Assembly: GCF_006345805.1 (NCBI RefSeq)
Contig: NC_042998.1
Coordinates: forward strand, 100,564,001 to 100,628,000
Length of the DNA: 64,000 nt
Reading direction: 5' to 3'
From: Octopus sinensis
Lineage: Eukaryota
This document shows positions 12,960 to 27,104 of the stretch, piece by piece; within the stretch, counting starts at the first letter, position 1; every line of letters begins with the position of its first letter. The notes under the pieces were generated by a model. It saw only the letters and a list, made by a program, of their open reading frames with translations, did not search any database and was not told the DNA's origin. The translations under genes and the position numbers were made by a program.

Positions 12960-14061
12960 TTGAAAGCAAGAGAGAGTTAAAGTATAACTAGTTAGAAACA
13001 AAATTAGCTTAGACAAGATGCAGTTCAGGCTTGTGTTAAGGAGTGGTACCCCCTTCTAGTGAAAGAACTACAGAAGTAACTGAGCCAAAAGCAAGTAACT
13101 ATACCTAGTACTCGTTGACCTAAAGAAGACCTTTGATTGAGATCCATGCTGTACAGTTTAGTGTTTGCTAAGAAAATTAGGTGTAGATGAATGGCTTGTG
13201 AGATTTGTGCAAACCAAAAAAACAGAGATATTGTCAATAGTTGAGAGTTAGCAATAAGTTTAGTGAGGAATTTGATATGAAGATAGGTGCCTATAAAAAC
13301 TTGGTTCTCAGCTGCATTTTGTTTAATATCATTCTCAATGCCATAATACAGGAATTTATGACCAATTATGCAGGATTGAAATTATGAAAGAATTAGAGAA
13401 GAAATTTCAAATTCAGAAGCTAAGGCCTTGAATTGAGAGGTTTTACTAAGCAGGATATATGACAGGACTTAACTGTCATCTGGGAAATGGCCATGCTCAA
13501 TATGTAGAAAAGAAGCAGATGATGAACCTGCTATAAACTATAGATACGCAAATGGTGAAGTGGGATCACAAGCAAATTAACAGAGAAGGAAGACTTTATA
13601 AGTAGATGCACAAGCATGGTGCTTGGTAAGAAGTTTGCTTTCCAACCACATGGTTCTGGGTTCAGTCTCACTGTGTGACACCTTGGGCAATTGATTTTTA
13701 CAATAACCTTGGACTGACCAAAGCCTTGTGAGTGGGTTTGGTAGATGGAAACTGAAAGAAGCCCATCGTGTATGTGTGTGTGTGTGTGCAAGTAATCTGC
13801 CCACGTTAAAATTGAGATCCTAAAACCAAGGTGCCACATTAAAAGCATTGGTATGGGTGCTGGTGTAACATAGAAAGCACTGGTGATGGTGCCACGGGGA
13901 GTAGTTGACATTAGGAAGGGCATTCAGCCATAGAAACCAAGCCAAAATAGACAATGGAAACTGGTGTGGACCCTGACTGTGCCAGTTTCTCTCAAGCCGT
14001 CCAACCCATGCCAGCATGGAAAGCAGATGTTAGATATTGATGTTGTTGTTGTTGTTGTTGT

Positions 14062-14099
<38 letters not shown>

Positions 14100-14620
14100 G
14101 TGGTAGTGGTGGTGATGATAGTGATTATGATGATTAACTGAATTAGCAGTGGTGGAGTGTGTTCTTCAAAGGAAGAGATTGAAAAGTTTAGGGAGTTGCT
14201 ACTTCTTCTGACCACAAAGAGCTTCTCACTGTGATTGAAAGATGAAGTGCGTGATGCTTGCAAGTGAAATGTGATATCGAATGGTATTTAATAGTAAAAA
14301 TGTTCAAAGGCTGAAAATAAATAAAGCGAGCAATGTTCTACTGGATAATGGAGAACAAATGAGTTGAGAGAAAAACTAGCTATTAGAGGAATTACATGTA
14401 GTGTGGATGACAGAAAAGTGTTGGTATAGAGATGTGATGCATATGAACGACAGCTGAGCAGATGTGCCAAGAGATGCAAATGTAAATGAACCTCTTGAAG
14501 AGGTGACTGAGGAAGACATGGAAAGAAGTGGTGAAGGTTAATCTCATCAGACTGAACTTCATCAAGAACATTGAAAACAAGTGGTGAGATGTTGTGCATG
14601 ACCCAAAAGGAATATGAAAT
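12960..14620 (+). mobile_element. Highly decayed RTE copy interrupted by a SINE (~13605-13790) and an RTE-tail element (~13800-14130)
   Basis: Remnant motifs KLGVDEWLVRFVQ, GKWPCSICRK, KFRELLLLLTTK and RKTWKEVVK. Confidence 0.65.
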
Positions 14621-14816
14621 GATGATGAATATATATTTTAGATATTCCTAATGAAATAATCATTACCAATTGATTTACTGGATTTTAAGTGCATCAGACC
14701 ATACATTACATTCCTTTGTTTTGTTTTGGTTTACTATGTACTTTGTAGCCTGATCCATTAAAGGAGCTTTTTTATGAGTACCACCAGATTAGTTAAATCC
14801 ATATATTGTGCATTAA

Positions 14817-14864
<48 letters not shown>

Positions 14865-14960
14865 CTCACTCTCTCTGGGAACTGAACTTCCAACTGCATG
14901 ATTGTAAGCCAGTGAGTCTAACCACTGAGTCATGCATCTTCAATTATATATATATATCTT

Positions 14961-14994
<34 letters not shown>

Positions 14995-14998
<4 letters not shown>

Positions 14999-15568
14999 TC
15001 ATCATCATTATTTAGCTTCTGCTTCCATGCTGGCACAGGTTAGATGGTTTGACTGCAACTGGTAAGCCAGAGAGCTACACTTGGTTCCAGTCTTATTTGG
15101 CATAGTTTCTACAGCTAAATGCCCTTCCAAATACCAACCACTCCAAGAATGTAATGGGTGCTTTTCACATCCCACTAGCATAGGTGCCAGTTACATGACA
15201 CTGGCATCGGTCACATCTGCAATTTCACTTGGCTTGATAAATCTTCTCAAGCACAGCATATCGCCAAAGGTCTTGGTCACTTGTCATTGCCTCCGTGAGG
15301 CCCAATGTTCAAAGATCATGCTTCACTACCTTGTCCCATATCTTCTTATGTCTATCTCTTCTACAGGCTCCCTTCAGAGTTAGGGATTGGCTCTTCTTTA
15401 CATAGTTGTCCTCATCCATACATATCACCAAACCAGTGCAGTTGTCTCTCTTGCACACCACATCTGATGCCTCTCATGCCCAACTTTTCTCTCAAGATGC
15501 TCACACTGACATTGCACATCCAGCAAAGTATACTAGTTTTATTTATTTCTAGCTTACAAAGCTAGTAT
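14995..15568 (-). mobile_element. 5'-truncated RTE copy (ORF end plus tail)
   Basis: Reverse complement matches the RTE ORF C-terminus and shared tail; (CAT)n at the left end. Confidence 0.75.
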
Positions 15569-15569
15569 A

Positions 15570-16444
15570 CAGGGTGGAGTGAATATATTGTTGTCTAAAT
15601 TACACAAAAATGAAAATAACACTGACATTTCATTTTAACAGATATATTTACCAAAATTACATAAAAATATTTTGGAATACTAAAGAGTAAATTTATTCAA
15701 TAAAATCGCCATTAGCTTCAACCACAGTTTCCAAACGAATCTGGAATCTCCTGCAACTCTTCTGGAAGGTCTCCTTGTTTAAATTTGGGAATGCTGCCAT
15801 AATCCATACCTTCAGTTCATCTTTGGTGTTACAAGGAGTTTTGTTGGTCAACTGTGCCCCACACATAATAATTAAAGGATTGCAGTCTGGGGAGTTAGAT
15901 GACCGGATGTTAGGGGTGATGTGATCATAGAAATTGTCTGACAGTCATGACTGGGTTCTCCTACTTGTGTGGCATGGTGCAGAGTCCTGTTGCCAGACAT
16001 AGGGTCTTCCAGCAGCCACCCTCTTCACCCAGGGCTGCACTACCTCCTCTTAGCACTTGATGTAGGCCTCTGTGTTGAGTTTGAGGCCATGTGGGAAGAT
16101 GAAAGGAGTCATAATGTCACCATCACAAGTGATCACTCCAAACACCATGATATTGTTTGGATGTATGATTTTTATCACTCTTGTGTTTTGGGGACACGGC
16201 AAGCCAACGGTTATTCTGTGTGTTCACCATCTGTTCATATTGGAGCTTCCGGTGCAAATGCCAAGCAGTACAGCATGTTGTTTCCAAATTTCTGCCAGAG
16301 TGAATTGTGTCATGGTGCTGTTTTTCTCACAGATGATACCCAACTGACACTACTATACTCTGTAGTTGACAAAATCAAAAACAAGGAATGCACATGCATG
16401 AAATTAAAATTATAAAATGGTAACAATTTACTCATCGCACCCTG
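15570..16444 (-). mobile_element. Internally deleted Tc1/mariner-superfamily element
   Basis: Imperfect TIRs CAGGGTG...ATTGTT; TA at the left end; minus-strand WQQDSAPCHTS and SPDCNPL remnants. Confidence 0.75.
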
Positions 16445-16445
16445 T

Positions 16446-16496
<51 letters not shown>

Positions 16497-17159
16497 CACA
16501 CACACACATTCATACACACATACATATAAAATTAGATAGGAAGAAGTAAAATTTATGTGTGTGTATTTCTATATGATAAATGTAAAAAAAGCAGATTTAT
16601 TCAAGTATATTGCAGGGTGTGGTTCACAAAAGAGCAAACTAATTAACTACAATGAATCATTATTTATTCAGTAATGAGTGGAGCGAAATTACAAGTAATT
16701 AGATCTAATCTGCTGCATTTAGGAATATCAGTGATTTTTAAGAAATAATTTAAATTAAGTATGTGGAATTTAGCGTTGAAATGGAAGTATTACACAAAAA
16801 ATACTTGCTAAGTTCACTGGCATATATATTGAGAATGTACAAGGTAAAGGCAATATGCTCACTAACATCATAAGGGAGCCTCTAATGATAGCCCAATTTT
16901 CTAGAAATTGCAACTTAATCTCCCACAAAGTATACCCCACCTTCTTAAAAGAGGACAAGGCACATTAGATAATGTAGTTTAAAATACTATTAAAAAGAAC
17001 TGGATGATCATGGTTGAAATATGTTTGATTATAGATTGGTTCAAGCAGGGTTCATCGGGGTCCCAACTGTATGAAATAATTATTTAATTATTTGTTTTTA
17101 TTGTGAATATTAATCGTTTGTGGTAGATAAATAGTAAATATATAATTTTCAATAATAGT

Positions 17160-17309
17160 GGCAGTGTGGTAGAAAGCTTGCTTCCTGACCACATGGTTCT
17201 GAGTTCAGTCTCATTGCGTGACACCTTGGGCAAGTGTCTTCTACTATAGCCTCAGGCTGACCAAAGCCTTATGGATTATTTTGTTAGACAGAAACTGAAA
17301 GAAGCTTGT

Positions 17310-17354
<45 letters not shown>

Positions 17355-17645
17355 GTGTGTGTGTGTGTGCGTGTGTGTGTGTGTGTGTGTGCGTGTGTGT
17401 GTGTGTGTGTGCGTGCGTGCGCATGTGTGTTTCTGTCTGTGTTTGTCCCCCACCACCACTCGGCAACCAGTGTTGGCCTGTTTATGTCCCCGTACCATAA
17501 CAGTTTGGTAAAAGAGAACAATAAAATAGGTACCAAGCCTAAAAAAAAAAAAATACTTGGGTTGATTCATCCAACTAACAATTCTTCAAGTTGGTGCTCC
17601 AGCATGGCTACAGTCTAATGACTAACAATTAGAAGATAAAAGATA
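17160..17645 (+). mobile_element. SINE family A with expanded internal (TG)n
   Basis: Head, core, (TG)n 17310-17425 and tail present. Confidence 0.8.
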
Positions 17646-18049
17646 TAATATCATAAAGGGTGCTTACTGTTTTACAGTACTAATATTAACTTTACACTTA
17701 CTAAAGTTAGCTATGTTGTGGCATGAAGAGGAATGTTATGTGGTGAGAAAATGCTGTAGGATGTCTGTATCATTATGACATAAAGTCAGGTAATGAGCCA
17801 GCAGTATGTAGACTGTTAGCGTAGGTTTGTTCCATAATTTGTACTAAAACAGGATTTTTCATTGTAATGGTCTTAATTGTGAAATAGTGTTTCTGTTGTT
17901 ATAATCTTTGTTGTGAAACAGTATTGCTATTGTTATGTTCTTTGTTGTGAAATAGCATTTCTCTTGTTTGGTTTTTTGTTCTGAAAATAAGTGTTACTGG
18001 TATTATGGTCTTAGTAGGAAATTAAAGATTATTCATAGATACAAGAATT

Positions 18050-18210
18050 GGTTAAGTGTGGCTGTATGTTTAAGAAGTTTGCTTCACAACCATATGGTTC
18101 CTGAGTTCAGTCCCACTGTATGGCACCTTTGGCAAGTGTTGTCTACTACAGCCATGGGTCAACGAAACCTTTGTAAGTGAATTTGGTAGTTGGAAGAAGC
18201 CCATTGTATA

Positions 18211-18250
<40 letters not shown>

Positions 18251-18380
18251 TGCGTAACTTTGTGTTTGTGTCTTTGTGTCTGTGTTTTCCCCCCATCATG
18301 GCTTGACAACTAGTGTTGATGTGTTTGTCCCCATAACTTCACAGTTCAGCATAAGAGACTGATAGAATAAGTACTAGGCT
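18050..18380 (+). mobile_element. SINE family A
   Basis: GTGGCTGTATGTTTAAGAAG head, core and (TG)n. Confidence 0.75.
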
Positions 18381-18529
18381 GAATCTCCTCAAGAACTACG
18401 TTAAAGGTACACATATCTGTGGAGTGCTCAGCCACATGCACCTTAATTTCGGGAGCAGGCTGTTCTATTGATCGAATCAACTGGGACTCTCAACATCATA
18501 ACTGACAGAGCGCCATGATGACTAAGTTA

Positions 18530-19030
18530 CAGAGATGTAAACAAACCAACACAAGTTAAGTGGTGGTGGGGGAAACACACACACACATGTGCATGCACAC
18601 ACACACACGCGCGCGCGCACGCACACACACACACACACACACAAGCACACATATACAACTGGCTTCTTTCAGTTTCTGTCTACCAAATTCACTCATAGGG
18701 CTTTGGTTGGCCTGGGGCTACAGTAGGAGACACTTGTCCTAGATCCCACAAGAGGGACTGAACCAGAAACTTAACAGTTGGAAAGCAAGCTTCTTAAAAC
18801 ATAAACATGCCTGGTTATATACCTTCTTACTCTTTTACTTGTTTCAGTCATTTGACTGCGGCCATGCTGGAGCACCGCCTTTTAGTTGAATAAATCAACT
18901 TCAGGAATTATTCTTTCTAAGCCTAGTACTTATTCTATTGGTCTCTTTTGCTGAACCAATAAGTTTCAGGGATGTAAACACACCAAAATCAGTTATCAAG
19001 CAATGGTGGGGGGACAAACACAGACACACA
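18530..19030 (-). mobile_element. Two adjacent SINE family A copies or fragments
   Basis: Core and tail motifs in reverse orientation. Confidence 0.7.
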
Positions 19031-19121
19031 AATGCATACATATATATATTTTTTATTTTGTCTGAATTTTGTCCTATTTCAACCTGTATTCTCAACCTAT
19101 GTGCTGGGTAATTATTACAGC

Positions 19122-19767
<646 letters not shown>

Positions 19768-19799
19768 TGGGGATCATTGAAGAGGTAAGTAATGTAATG

Positions 19800-21000
19800 C
19801 ATTCTGGAAGTTCTGGGTGGTTCAACATGTTTATAATATTTTGTAGAATCCATAACGTTATGGAAGCAGGTTGTAAGCACAGATGATATCCCACTGAATT
19901 TTTTTTTTTAAATCATTGAAAATAGTGGTTATGTTAATGAAAAAAATATCTATTGAGAAAAAGGGATTGTTTTAGAAATTGGTACCCAATAAAATTTACT
20001 TAATGAAGACAGGAAAATAGCATCTTTAGTTCAAAGTGACTAATGATTGTCTAACACTTTTATTGGGTGGAATTGCTATAAGTGATTTAAAATAAAAACC
20101 CATGTTAATTTATTGATCAGAAAAACTGCATGTTTTAAAAGATTCCACTACAATTCCCACCAGTTTATTGTAAATACATTAGAAAAGCTTTAGAGTAGTT
20201 TTTGACCTGAAACCAAATAATATTAAAAACCAACAAATTTAGATTTTAAAAGTTTTTTACTTTGCACAATGCTCAGAGTCACTGAATTGCATCTAGTGAC
20301 TTCTGTTGAGATGTTAAGGGTTTGTATTTATCAAAGAATATGATATCCTTGTCATAACTTATGGGCCAGAGGATGAGAGAAATACTCAAGATATACTAAT
20401 TAAACTTTTGCCAAGACTATTGAAAAGTCAACAGAAGAAAATGCAATTAATTGTATGAAGAATTTTAAGATAAAGAATACGTTCATAAGCATTGAAAAAT
20501 ATTAATGATGCATGATGTGATGTAACAGACTGCTACAACTTGGGAGCTGTTTGGAAAAATATAATCCCTCACAGTGAAAATAATTTTGGTTGTCTGAGGC
20601 AAAGTTACAGAGGCTCTAGCAGAAATCATTCAATTTAGCTTACACCAGGGAATAACTACAATGGATAAAGGTTATGCCAGAGAATTGCTTGATGTGGACT
20701 TCAGTGAGGAAGACCTTCTAAATTTATAGTAGCAACGTGCACATGGTGAGAAAGATGGTCAAGACAGAACAGACAAAACACAGATGAAAGAACTCTCAGT
20801 TAAAGAATGTGATGTTATTTAAAATATATTTAAGATGGAAAGCAGAGGTTTATGGATATGGGTTTGAATGTATAGGGAGTGATGCAAGTCAGAAAAAAAA
20901 AAGTTGAAAATATGGTTAGCTACTATACATAATGAGAAGGAAGAAAAATTGTAACAAACAACACTTTCACAATATAAAAAAAACCCAGTACAAATATTTG
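19800..21000 (+). mobile_element. Heavily decayed Tigger/pogo-like transposase fragment
   Basis: Interrupted remnants resembling the Tigger DDE region (HNA..H, ..N..SL..LMGQ, WKN) and C-terminus; many stops and indels. Confidence 0.5.
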
Positions 21001-21334
21001 GGACTTTTTTTACGTAAGTGGACTAAGGGAAATATTTCAGAGTCACCAGTGGTATGTGTATGACCAATATAGAGGCATATCAAATACTATTCAGCATAAA
21101 TCTTTGACTTAAAATTATCTCTAGAGGATGTGTCAGAATCACCAAGTATGTATGTATGTATATCTTTGTCGTCATCATCATCATCATCAACAACATGAAA
21201 ACGTAATTTATGCTCTTACAGTGCTGTCTTTAACATGAAACTTTTTGTCACTTATATTACATCCTTTTATTGTCATACATGTCACACCAGGTGAATGAAA
21301 ATTGTAACCACAGACAGTCTGCTCAGCAAATTAA

Positions 21335-21554
21335 CCCTTTTGACATCAACCTGACTGAAACCAGCTCTGGCTCTGAGTACAAATGTCTTGTTTGCATAAA
21401 TTTTGAATTAAAATCTTTCACCAAACCTTAGTCACAATCAATGTTCCTAACACTAGCTTAATGATAACTAAGTTATTTTACTAAATTCTTTGTTATATTT
21501 AAAGTAATTGAAAGAAATACAAAGCATCTCAAAACAAATACAGTAGCGAAAGGG
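21335..21554. mobile_element. 220-bp TTAA-flanked (piggyBac-like) MITE, copy 1
   Basis: TTAA-CCCTTT...AAAGGG-TTAA; closely similar to 49998-50217. Confidence 0.85.
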
Positions 21555-21663
21555 TTAATCAGCACTTTTTGAAATTTCAAGGTCAATGTAAATATATACT
21601 GTGAGACTTTTTATGCTGCTCTGGGGAAATTCAGAGGAATTAGCAGTTGATATTTTCAGGTGA

Positions 21664-21880
21664 TTAGGTGGTGAGGTGGCAGAATTGTTTGCATGCTGGA
21701 CAAAATGCTTAGCAGCATTTCATCCATGTTTACATTCAGAGTTCAACTTTGCCACCAAGGTTGACTTTGCCTTTCATCCTTCCAGGTCAATAAAATAAGT
21801 ACCAGTTAAGTACTGTGGTCAATGAAATTGACTTATCCCCTCCCCCAAATTTCTGGCCTTGTGCTGTATTTTGAGATCAA
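21664..21880 (+). mobile_element. SINE family B
   Basis: Same head and core as the 28.6-kb copy. Confidence 0.75.
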
Positions 21881-22009
21881 TATTTTCAGGTGAAAAAGAT
21901 TTTGCACAATGTCATGCACGTCACACTTTTCGGATCCTTTTCAAGAAATTCCACATACATTTCAGGGAAAAAATTCTGTTAAATACTTGCCTGGGTAGTT
22001 AAAGTTTAT

Positions 22010-22209
22010 TCTTTTACTCTTTTACTTGTTTCAGTCATTTGACTGTGGCCATGCTGGAGCACTGCCTTTAGTCGAGCAAATTGACCCCAGGACTTATTCT
22101 TTGTAAGCCTAGTACTTATTCTATCGGTCGCTTTTGCCAAACTGCTAAGTTACGGGCACGTAAACACACCAGCATCGGTTGTCAAGCGATGTTGGGGGGA
22201 CAAACACAG

Positions 22210-22257
<48 letters not shown>

Positions 22258-22430
22258 ATATATGCGACAGGCTTCTTTCAGTTTCCGTCTACCAAATCCA
22301 CTGAAAATGCTTGTTGGCCCGAAGCTATAGTAGAAGACACTTGTCCAAGGTGACATGCAGTGGGACTGAACCTGGAACCATGTGGTTGGTAAGCAATCTA
22401 CTTACCACACAGCCACTCCTGCACCTATAC
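22010..22430 (-). mobile_element. tRNA-derived SINE family A, full-length
   Basis: Head GGAGTGGCTGTGTGGTAAG (A box) and GGTTCAGTCCC (B box); CCTTGG(G/A)CAAGTGTCTT core; internal (TA)n(TG)n; tail GACTGAAACAAGTAAAAGAG. Confidence 0.85.
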
Positions 22431-22854
22431 TTACCACACAGCCACTCCTGCGCCTATACTGTGGAAAATGAATTAATACAATTCTTATAAATGTCCAACA
22501 TTTATAACTTAAGTATTTTGTAATTTGCATCTCTGTCTTGTTCGTCACATGAGACTATCTCTTCTGCTTGCCTATGGTTATGATGTATTTATTTAGACAA
22601 AGAAAACTGTTATGTATAATGATCATAAAAATTATTATTATAATTACTATAGCTTGTTCTGTCATGACCAATGCAAAATGAAGATGGTATCTTGCTTTGA
22701 GGCTGTTGCTACAGTTCATGTTATAGCTCCCAGCAGATGTTGGTTTCCCATGCTAGATTGTCTCTCTCCCTAAGTTCATCATGAGATACCTGCAGCAGAC
22801 TTTTTTTTTATTACATATTTGGTTTGTTTTATCTCTTTGTTTGTCTGTCCATTT

Positions 22855-23360
22855 GTCTGTCTATCTCTGTCTATCCATCTATCTATCTATCTGTCTGTCT
22901 GCATGTCTATCTGTTTGTGTGTCTATCTATCTATCTGTCTGTCTATCTGCCAGCCTGCCTGCCTGTCTGCCTACCTGCCTGTCTGTCTGCATGTTTGTCT
23001 CTGTCTCTGTCTGTTTCTATCTATCTATAAATCTATCTATCTATCTATCTATCTGTTGTAGTGGTGTGCTTCCTGTTTGCTAAAACTGCTCAACAATTTA
23101 CTTAGTCAAAGGTAAGGGATTGGTTAAAAAGATTGTAGGAAGATAGAAATACAAAGAGGGGAGAGGATAGAATGAGAGAAGAGAGCAAAAAGTAAACAAG
23201 AGAAAGAAAAGGAGCAAAGAAAAAGAGAAAAAATGAGAAAGAAAAAGGATGAATGAAAGAAAGGAAAAAAAGGAGGAAAGAAAAAATAAAGAATGAGAAG
23301 AAAGAAGAAAGAAGAAAGAGAGAAAGGAAGAAAGAAAGCAAAAGAAAAGAAAGAAAGGCT
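22855..23360. repeat. (CTAT/CTGT/CTGC)n tetranucleotide tract followed by a purine-rich GA/GAA tract
   Basis: Directly visible low-complexity sequence. Confidence 0.9.
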
Positions 23361-24299
23361 TTAAGCAATAAAGAAATTAGTAATATTTTATTTAGCTTTG
23401 AGTTAATGAAAACCCATGTGAAGCTCAGGACTTAAATTTTATATAATCTTAGTATATTGTGATAATTCTATTTTGCTCTTTTTCAGATACAGTATATTTA
23501 GGACTACATCATTGAATGTGTTCTTCCCTTTTTAAATGGTAAAATGTAATTTGAGAGAAATTTGACCGCTATTTCTAGTATATCAGTGGCTGGTAATTCT
23601 TGTGTGTACATGTGTGCATATCTATGTGTGTGTCTGAGTGTCTTTGCATGTGTGTGTATGAGTGTCTGCTTTGAATATGTATGAAGCAGGGAAGGAAATC
23701 ATTAGTAAAACATCCACCAAATATGATGAATTTTCTCATGAATATTTTCCCTGTAACCAAAAATAAACTGGAGATTGACATAGGAAAACATGTTATGGTG
23801 TAAATTTAAGGAAATGCTGATATGGGAAAGTAAGCTGTAGACCATGGGATGTGAACAAGAAAAAACAAGTGAAAAACGGAGTTAAATAAAGGTGAGAAGG
23901 CTTCGTTTGAGGATATTAATAATACACAACTGCTACCCGATATTATAACACAATTCAGGCAACACATATGTAACACAATCAGCATTCAATGAAACAACGC
24001 ATCTTACATGCATAGAAGATATTTTATACAACAAGCACATGAAACATTAAACTAAAAACGAAACAAATTAGAAACATCAAAACAAAATAGATGCAGCATG
24101 CAAGCATCAGTCTGCAATTGCAAATGATGGTGCTGTCCACATCTCAGAAACAGTTTTGTGTGAGCTTATATGGCACCATCTGGTGGTGCAATACAATGAT
24201 AATAATCCTTTCTACTAAAGGCACAAGGCCTAAAATTACAAAACTGGCATACACAGATGTGACAGTATTTGATTAAATAGGCATCTATGTATCATGACC

Positions 24300-25085
24300 T
24301 GCCCATGGCAATGAAAGTGAGTTCTAGAAGTGCTGTGTGTCCCACCCACACTTAACAAGAAAATTTCTCACATACTCTACCACAACAAACCAAACAACAT
24401 CTCTACATCTCTTCCTCACATTTCCACTTCATGCACTAGGTTTATCTCCCAATCACCAATCCTGTCCTCTTGGACCTGTGCCACTGTATCATTGCTCTCC
24501 GCTAGCTTCTAACCTGTGTGTTCCACCCATGCCCTGTCTCACTGTATCATTGCGTATGCCGAGCACTTTGCCACAATCTCTATCCAACTGTCTCCTACTC
24601 TCTCTTTCTCCTTCACTTTCCTAAGGTTGGATGAATTTCCTTTGTGACAGTGCACCTGTTTCTGTCTTCATTCCTGATCTCTCTCTCCCTCTCTGACCTG
24701 GTAACCTTGTACCTCTTCTACAGCAAGACACTGCCTCATGCCTCTCTATAACCTTTCATCATCCAATACAAAATCACTCCTCCAATGACCCCCTCCCTCT
24801 TCAAAAGTTTTTTTTTGTCTTGCAAGTACTTGGTGACAATGTAAAGTGGTTGGCATTTGGAAGGGCATCCAGCTGTAAAAACCTTGCCAAAACTAACCTC
24901 GCCTGTGCTTGTGCCATGAAAAAAGCACAAAGTCCACTCTCCTGAGTGGTTGTTGTTAGGAAGAGCATCCAGCTGTAAAAATCCTGCCAAAACAGTTACA
25001 GAAGTCTGGCCGGCTCTTGTCAAACCATCCCACCCATGCCAGCATGGAAGGCAGACATTAAATGATGATGATGATGATGATGATA
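24300..25085 (+). mobile_element. Non-autonomous element: pyrimidine-rich 5' body joined to the RTE tail
   Basis: Body 24550-24730 resembles 36220-36390; it ends in the RTE tail and (GAT)n. Confidence 0.55.
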
Positions 25086-25209
25086 GGCTTGGAAGCTATT
25101 CATAACATCAGTAAATGTGTTATTCACTTTTTATTATATCAAAGATGACGGATTCTTATCCAAAGCATGTGGCTGGCTTCAAGTATGCACCATTGGAAAG
25201 TTTATAATA

Positions 25210-26085
25210 AAAATAATAATAATAATCCTTTCTAGTAAAGACACAAGGACTGAAATTTGGGGGTAGGAGACAGGTTGATTACATTGACCCCAGTGTTTTA
25301 CTGGTACTTAATTTATTGACCCCGAAAGGATGAAAGGCAAAGTCAACCTTGGCAGAATTTGAACTCAGAACATGCAAATAGATGAAATGGCTCTAAGCAT
25401 TTTACCCAGCATGCTAACACTTCTGCCAGCTTGCCACCTTAATAATAATAATAATAGTAATAATAATAATAACAATAATAATCCTTTCGATTATTGGCAC
25501 AAAGCCTGAAATTTTGGAGGAGGGGGCTAGCCAATTACATCGACCCCAGTGCTCAACTGGTACCCATTTTATTGACCTCGAAAGATGAAAAGCAAAGTTA
25601 ACTTCAGTGGAATTTGTACTAAGAACATACACAAATATAAAATGCTGCTAAGCATTTTGCCCAGCATGCTAACATTTCTACCTGCTTACTGTCTTAATAA
25701 TAATGCTTTCTTTATTAACCACTTAGGGTTCACAAAAACATTAGGGAAGGTACAAGACAATACAATGTGGGTTATATAAAATGTGAGTAAAATGTTTAAA
25801 AAATTAACAAGGAATGATTCCCCAAAAGAAGGAGATTGCCTAGAGCTGCTTAAGGGAATCCCACAAAACTACTGGGGCCAATAATAATCCTTTCTACTAC
25901 AGGTACAAAGCCTGAAATTTTGAGGGAAGGGGTTAGTCAATGAAATCGACCCTAGTGCTCAACTGGTACCTATCGTATAGACCCTGATAGAATGAAAGGC
26001 AAAGTCAACCACAGAAAGTAAAACTGAAATGCTGCTAAGCATGCTAACCATGCTAATGGTTCTGCCAACTTGCTACTTTAATAAT
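25210..26085 (-). mobile_element. Three SINE family B copies with (AAT)n junctions
   Basis: Repeated GAAAGGCAAAGTCAAC core at ~25332, ~25586 and ~25994. Confidence 0.75.
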
Positions 26086-26109
26086 ATTACTATACTAATG
26101 GTTTCAATT

Positions 26110-26385
26110 TCTGTAAGTCATTCACCTGCATGCAATATTTTCTTGTTAAATCCCTTTCTCCATCTCTGGTTTTGAAATCTTTTCTGCCCAATACCTGTTT
26201 TTCCTCCTCTTCTCCCGTATTTGGCACCAAATTCATCTGGTCCTTCCTTCCCAGAACTGTGACCCTCTTGAATTCCCTTCCTGCTAATGTTTTTTTTCCC
26301 CTTCACACATCTGCATTGACCTTCTCCTTTCGAAATATTGTGAACTCATCCACCTACCCACTCTCTCCAATCCCTAGTCCATGAT
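26110..26385 (+). mobile_element. CR1/L2-group LINE 3' fragment
   Basis: SFLPRTVTLLNSLPANVFFP motif; a related inverted copy lies near 29.3 kb. Confidence 0.6.
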
Positions 26386-26419
26386 GCTACATAAATTATT
26401 ACTCTTAATTTAGTACATT

Positions 26420-26776
26420 ACTCTTTTACTCTTTTACTTGTTTCAGTCATCTGACTGCGGCCATGCTGGAGCACCACCTTTTAGTACTTATTCTATCGGT
26501 CTCTTTTTGCCGAACCGCTAAGTGACGGGGACGTAAACACACCAGCATCGGTTGTCAAGCAATGCTAGGGGGACAAACACAGACACACAAACACACACAC
26601 ATATACATATATATACATATATACGACAGGCTTCTTTCAGTTTCCGTCTACCAAATCCACTCACAAGGCATTGGTTGGCCCGGGGCTATAGCAGAAGACA
26701 CTTGCCCAAGATGCCACGCAGTGGGACTGAACCCGCAACCGTGTGGTTGGTTAGCAAGCTACTTACCACACAGCCA
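26420..26776 (-). mobile_element. tRNA-derived SINE family A, young copy
   Basis: CpG-rich and close to the family consensus; its head abuts the hammerhead element. Confidence 0.85.
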
Positions 26777-26805
26777 TTTACAATTGACGGATATTTTGCT
26801 TGTTG

Positions 26806-26851
26806 TTAACAATGTTTCAGCTGATATACTCTCCAGCCTTCATCAGGTGTC
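26806..26851 (-). ncRNA. Minimal type I hammerhead ribozyme motif (decayed copy)
   Basis: GACAC-CTGATGA-A-GGCTG-(10 nt)-CAGCT-GAAAC-ATT-GTT. Stem II is intact with one G.U pair; there is a 2-nt deletion in the stem I 3' strand. Confidence 0.6.
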
Positions 26852-27058
26852 TTGGGTTCTCATTCCTAAGGTATTTTTTGATGTTGTTGTTATTATTATT
26901 ATTATTCAGGTCACTGCCTGGAATCAAACTTGGAATCTTGGGGTTAGTAGCCTGTACTCTTAACCACAAAGCCATCGATTCCAGGCAGTGACCTGAATAA
27001 TAATAACAACATCGAAAAATACCTTAGGAATGAGAACCCAGGTTCGAAATTTCCCCAG

Positions 27059-27104
27059 GACACCTGATGAAGGCTGGAGGGTATATCTGCTGAAATGTTG
27101 TGTT
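27059..27104 (+). ncRNA. Minimal type I hammerhead ribozyme motif (decayed copy)
   Basis: GACAC-CTGATGA-A-GGCTG-(10 nt)-CTGCT-GAAAT-GTT-GTGTT. Stem I is GACAC/GTGTT; the core CUGAUGA and GAAA are intact; stem II has mismatches. Confidence 0.65.

Noticed and set aside
26915-26976. Functional tRNA gene
   Set aside because: Only A/B boxes and a partial cloverleaf are present; it continues into repeat body, so it is a SINE head. The same applies to the heads of SINE families A-C.
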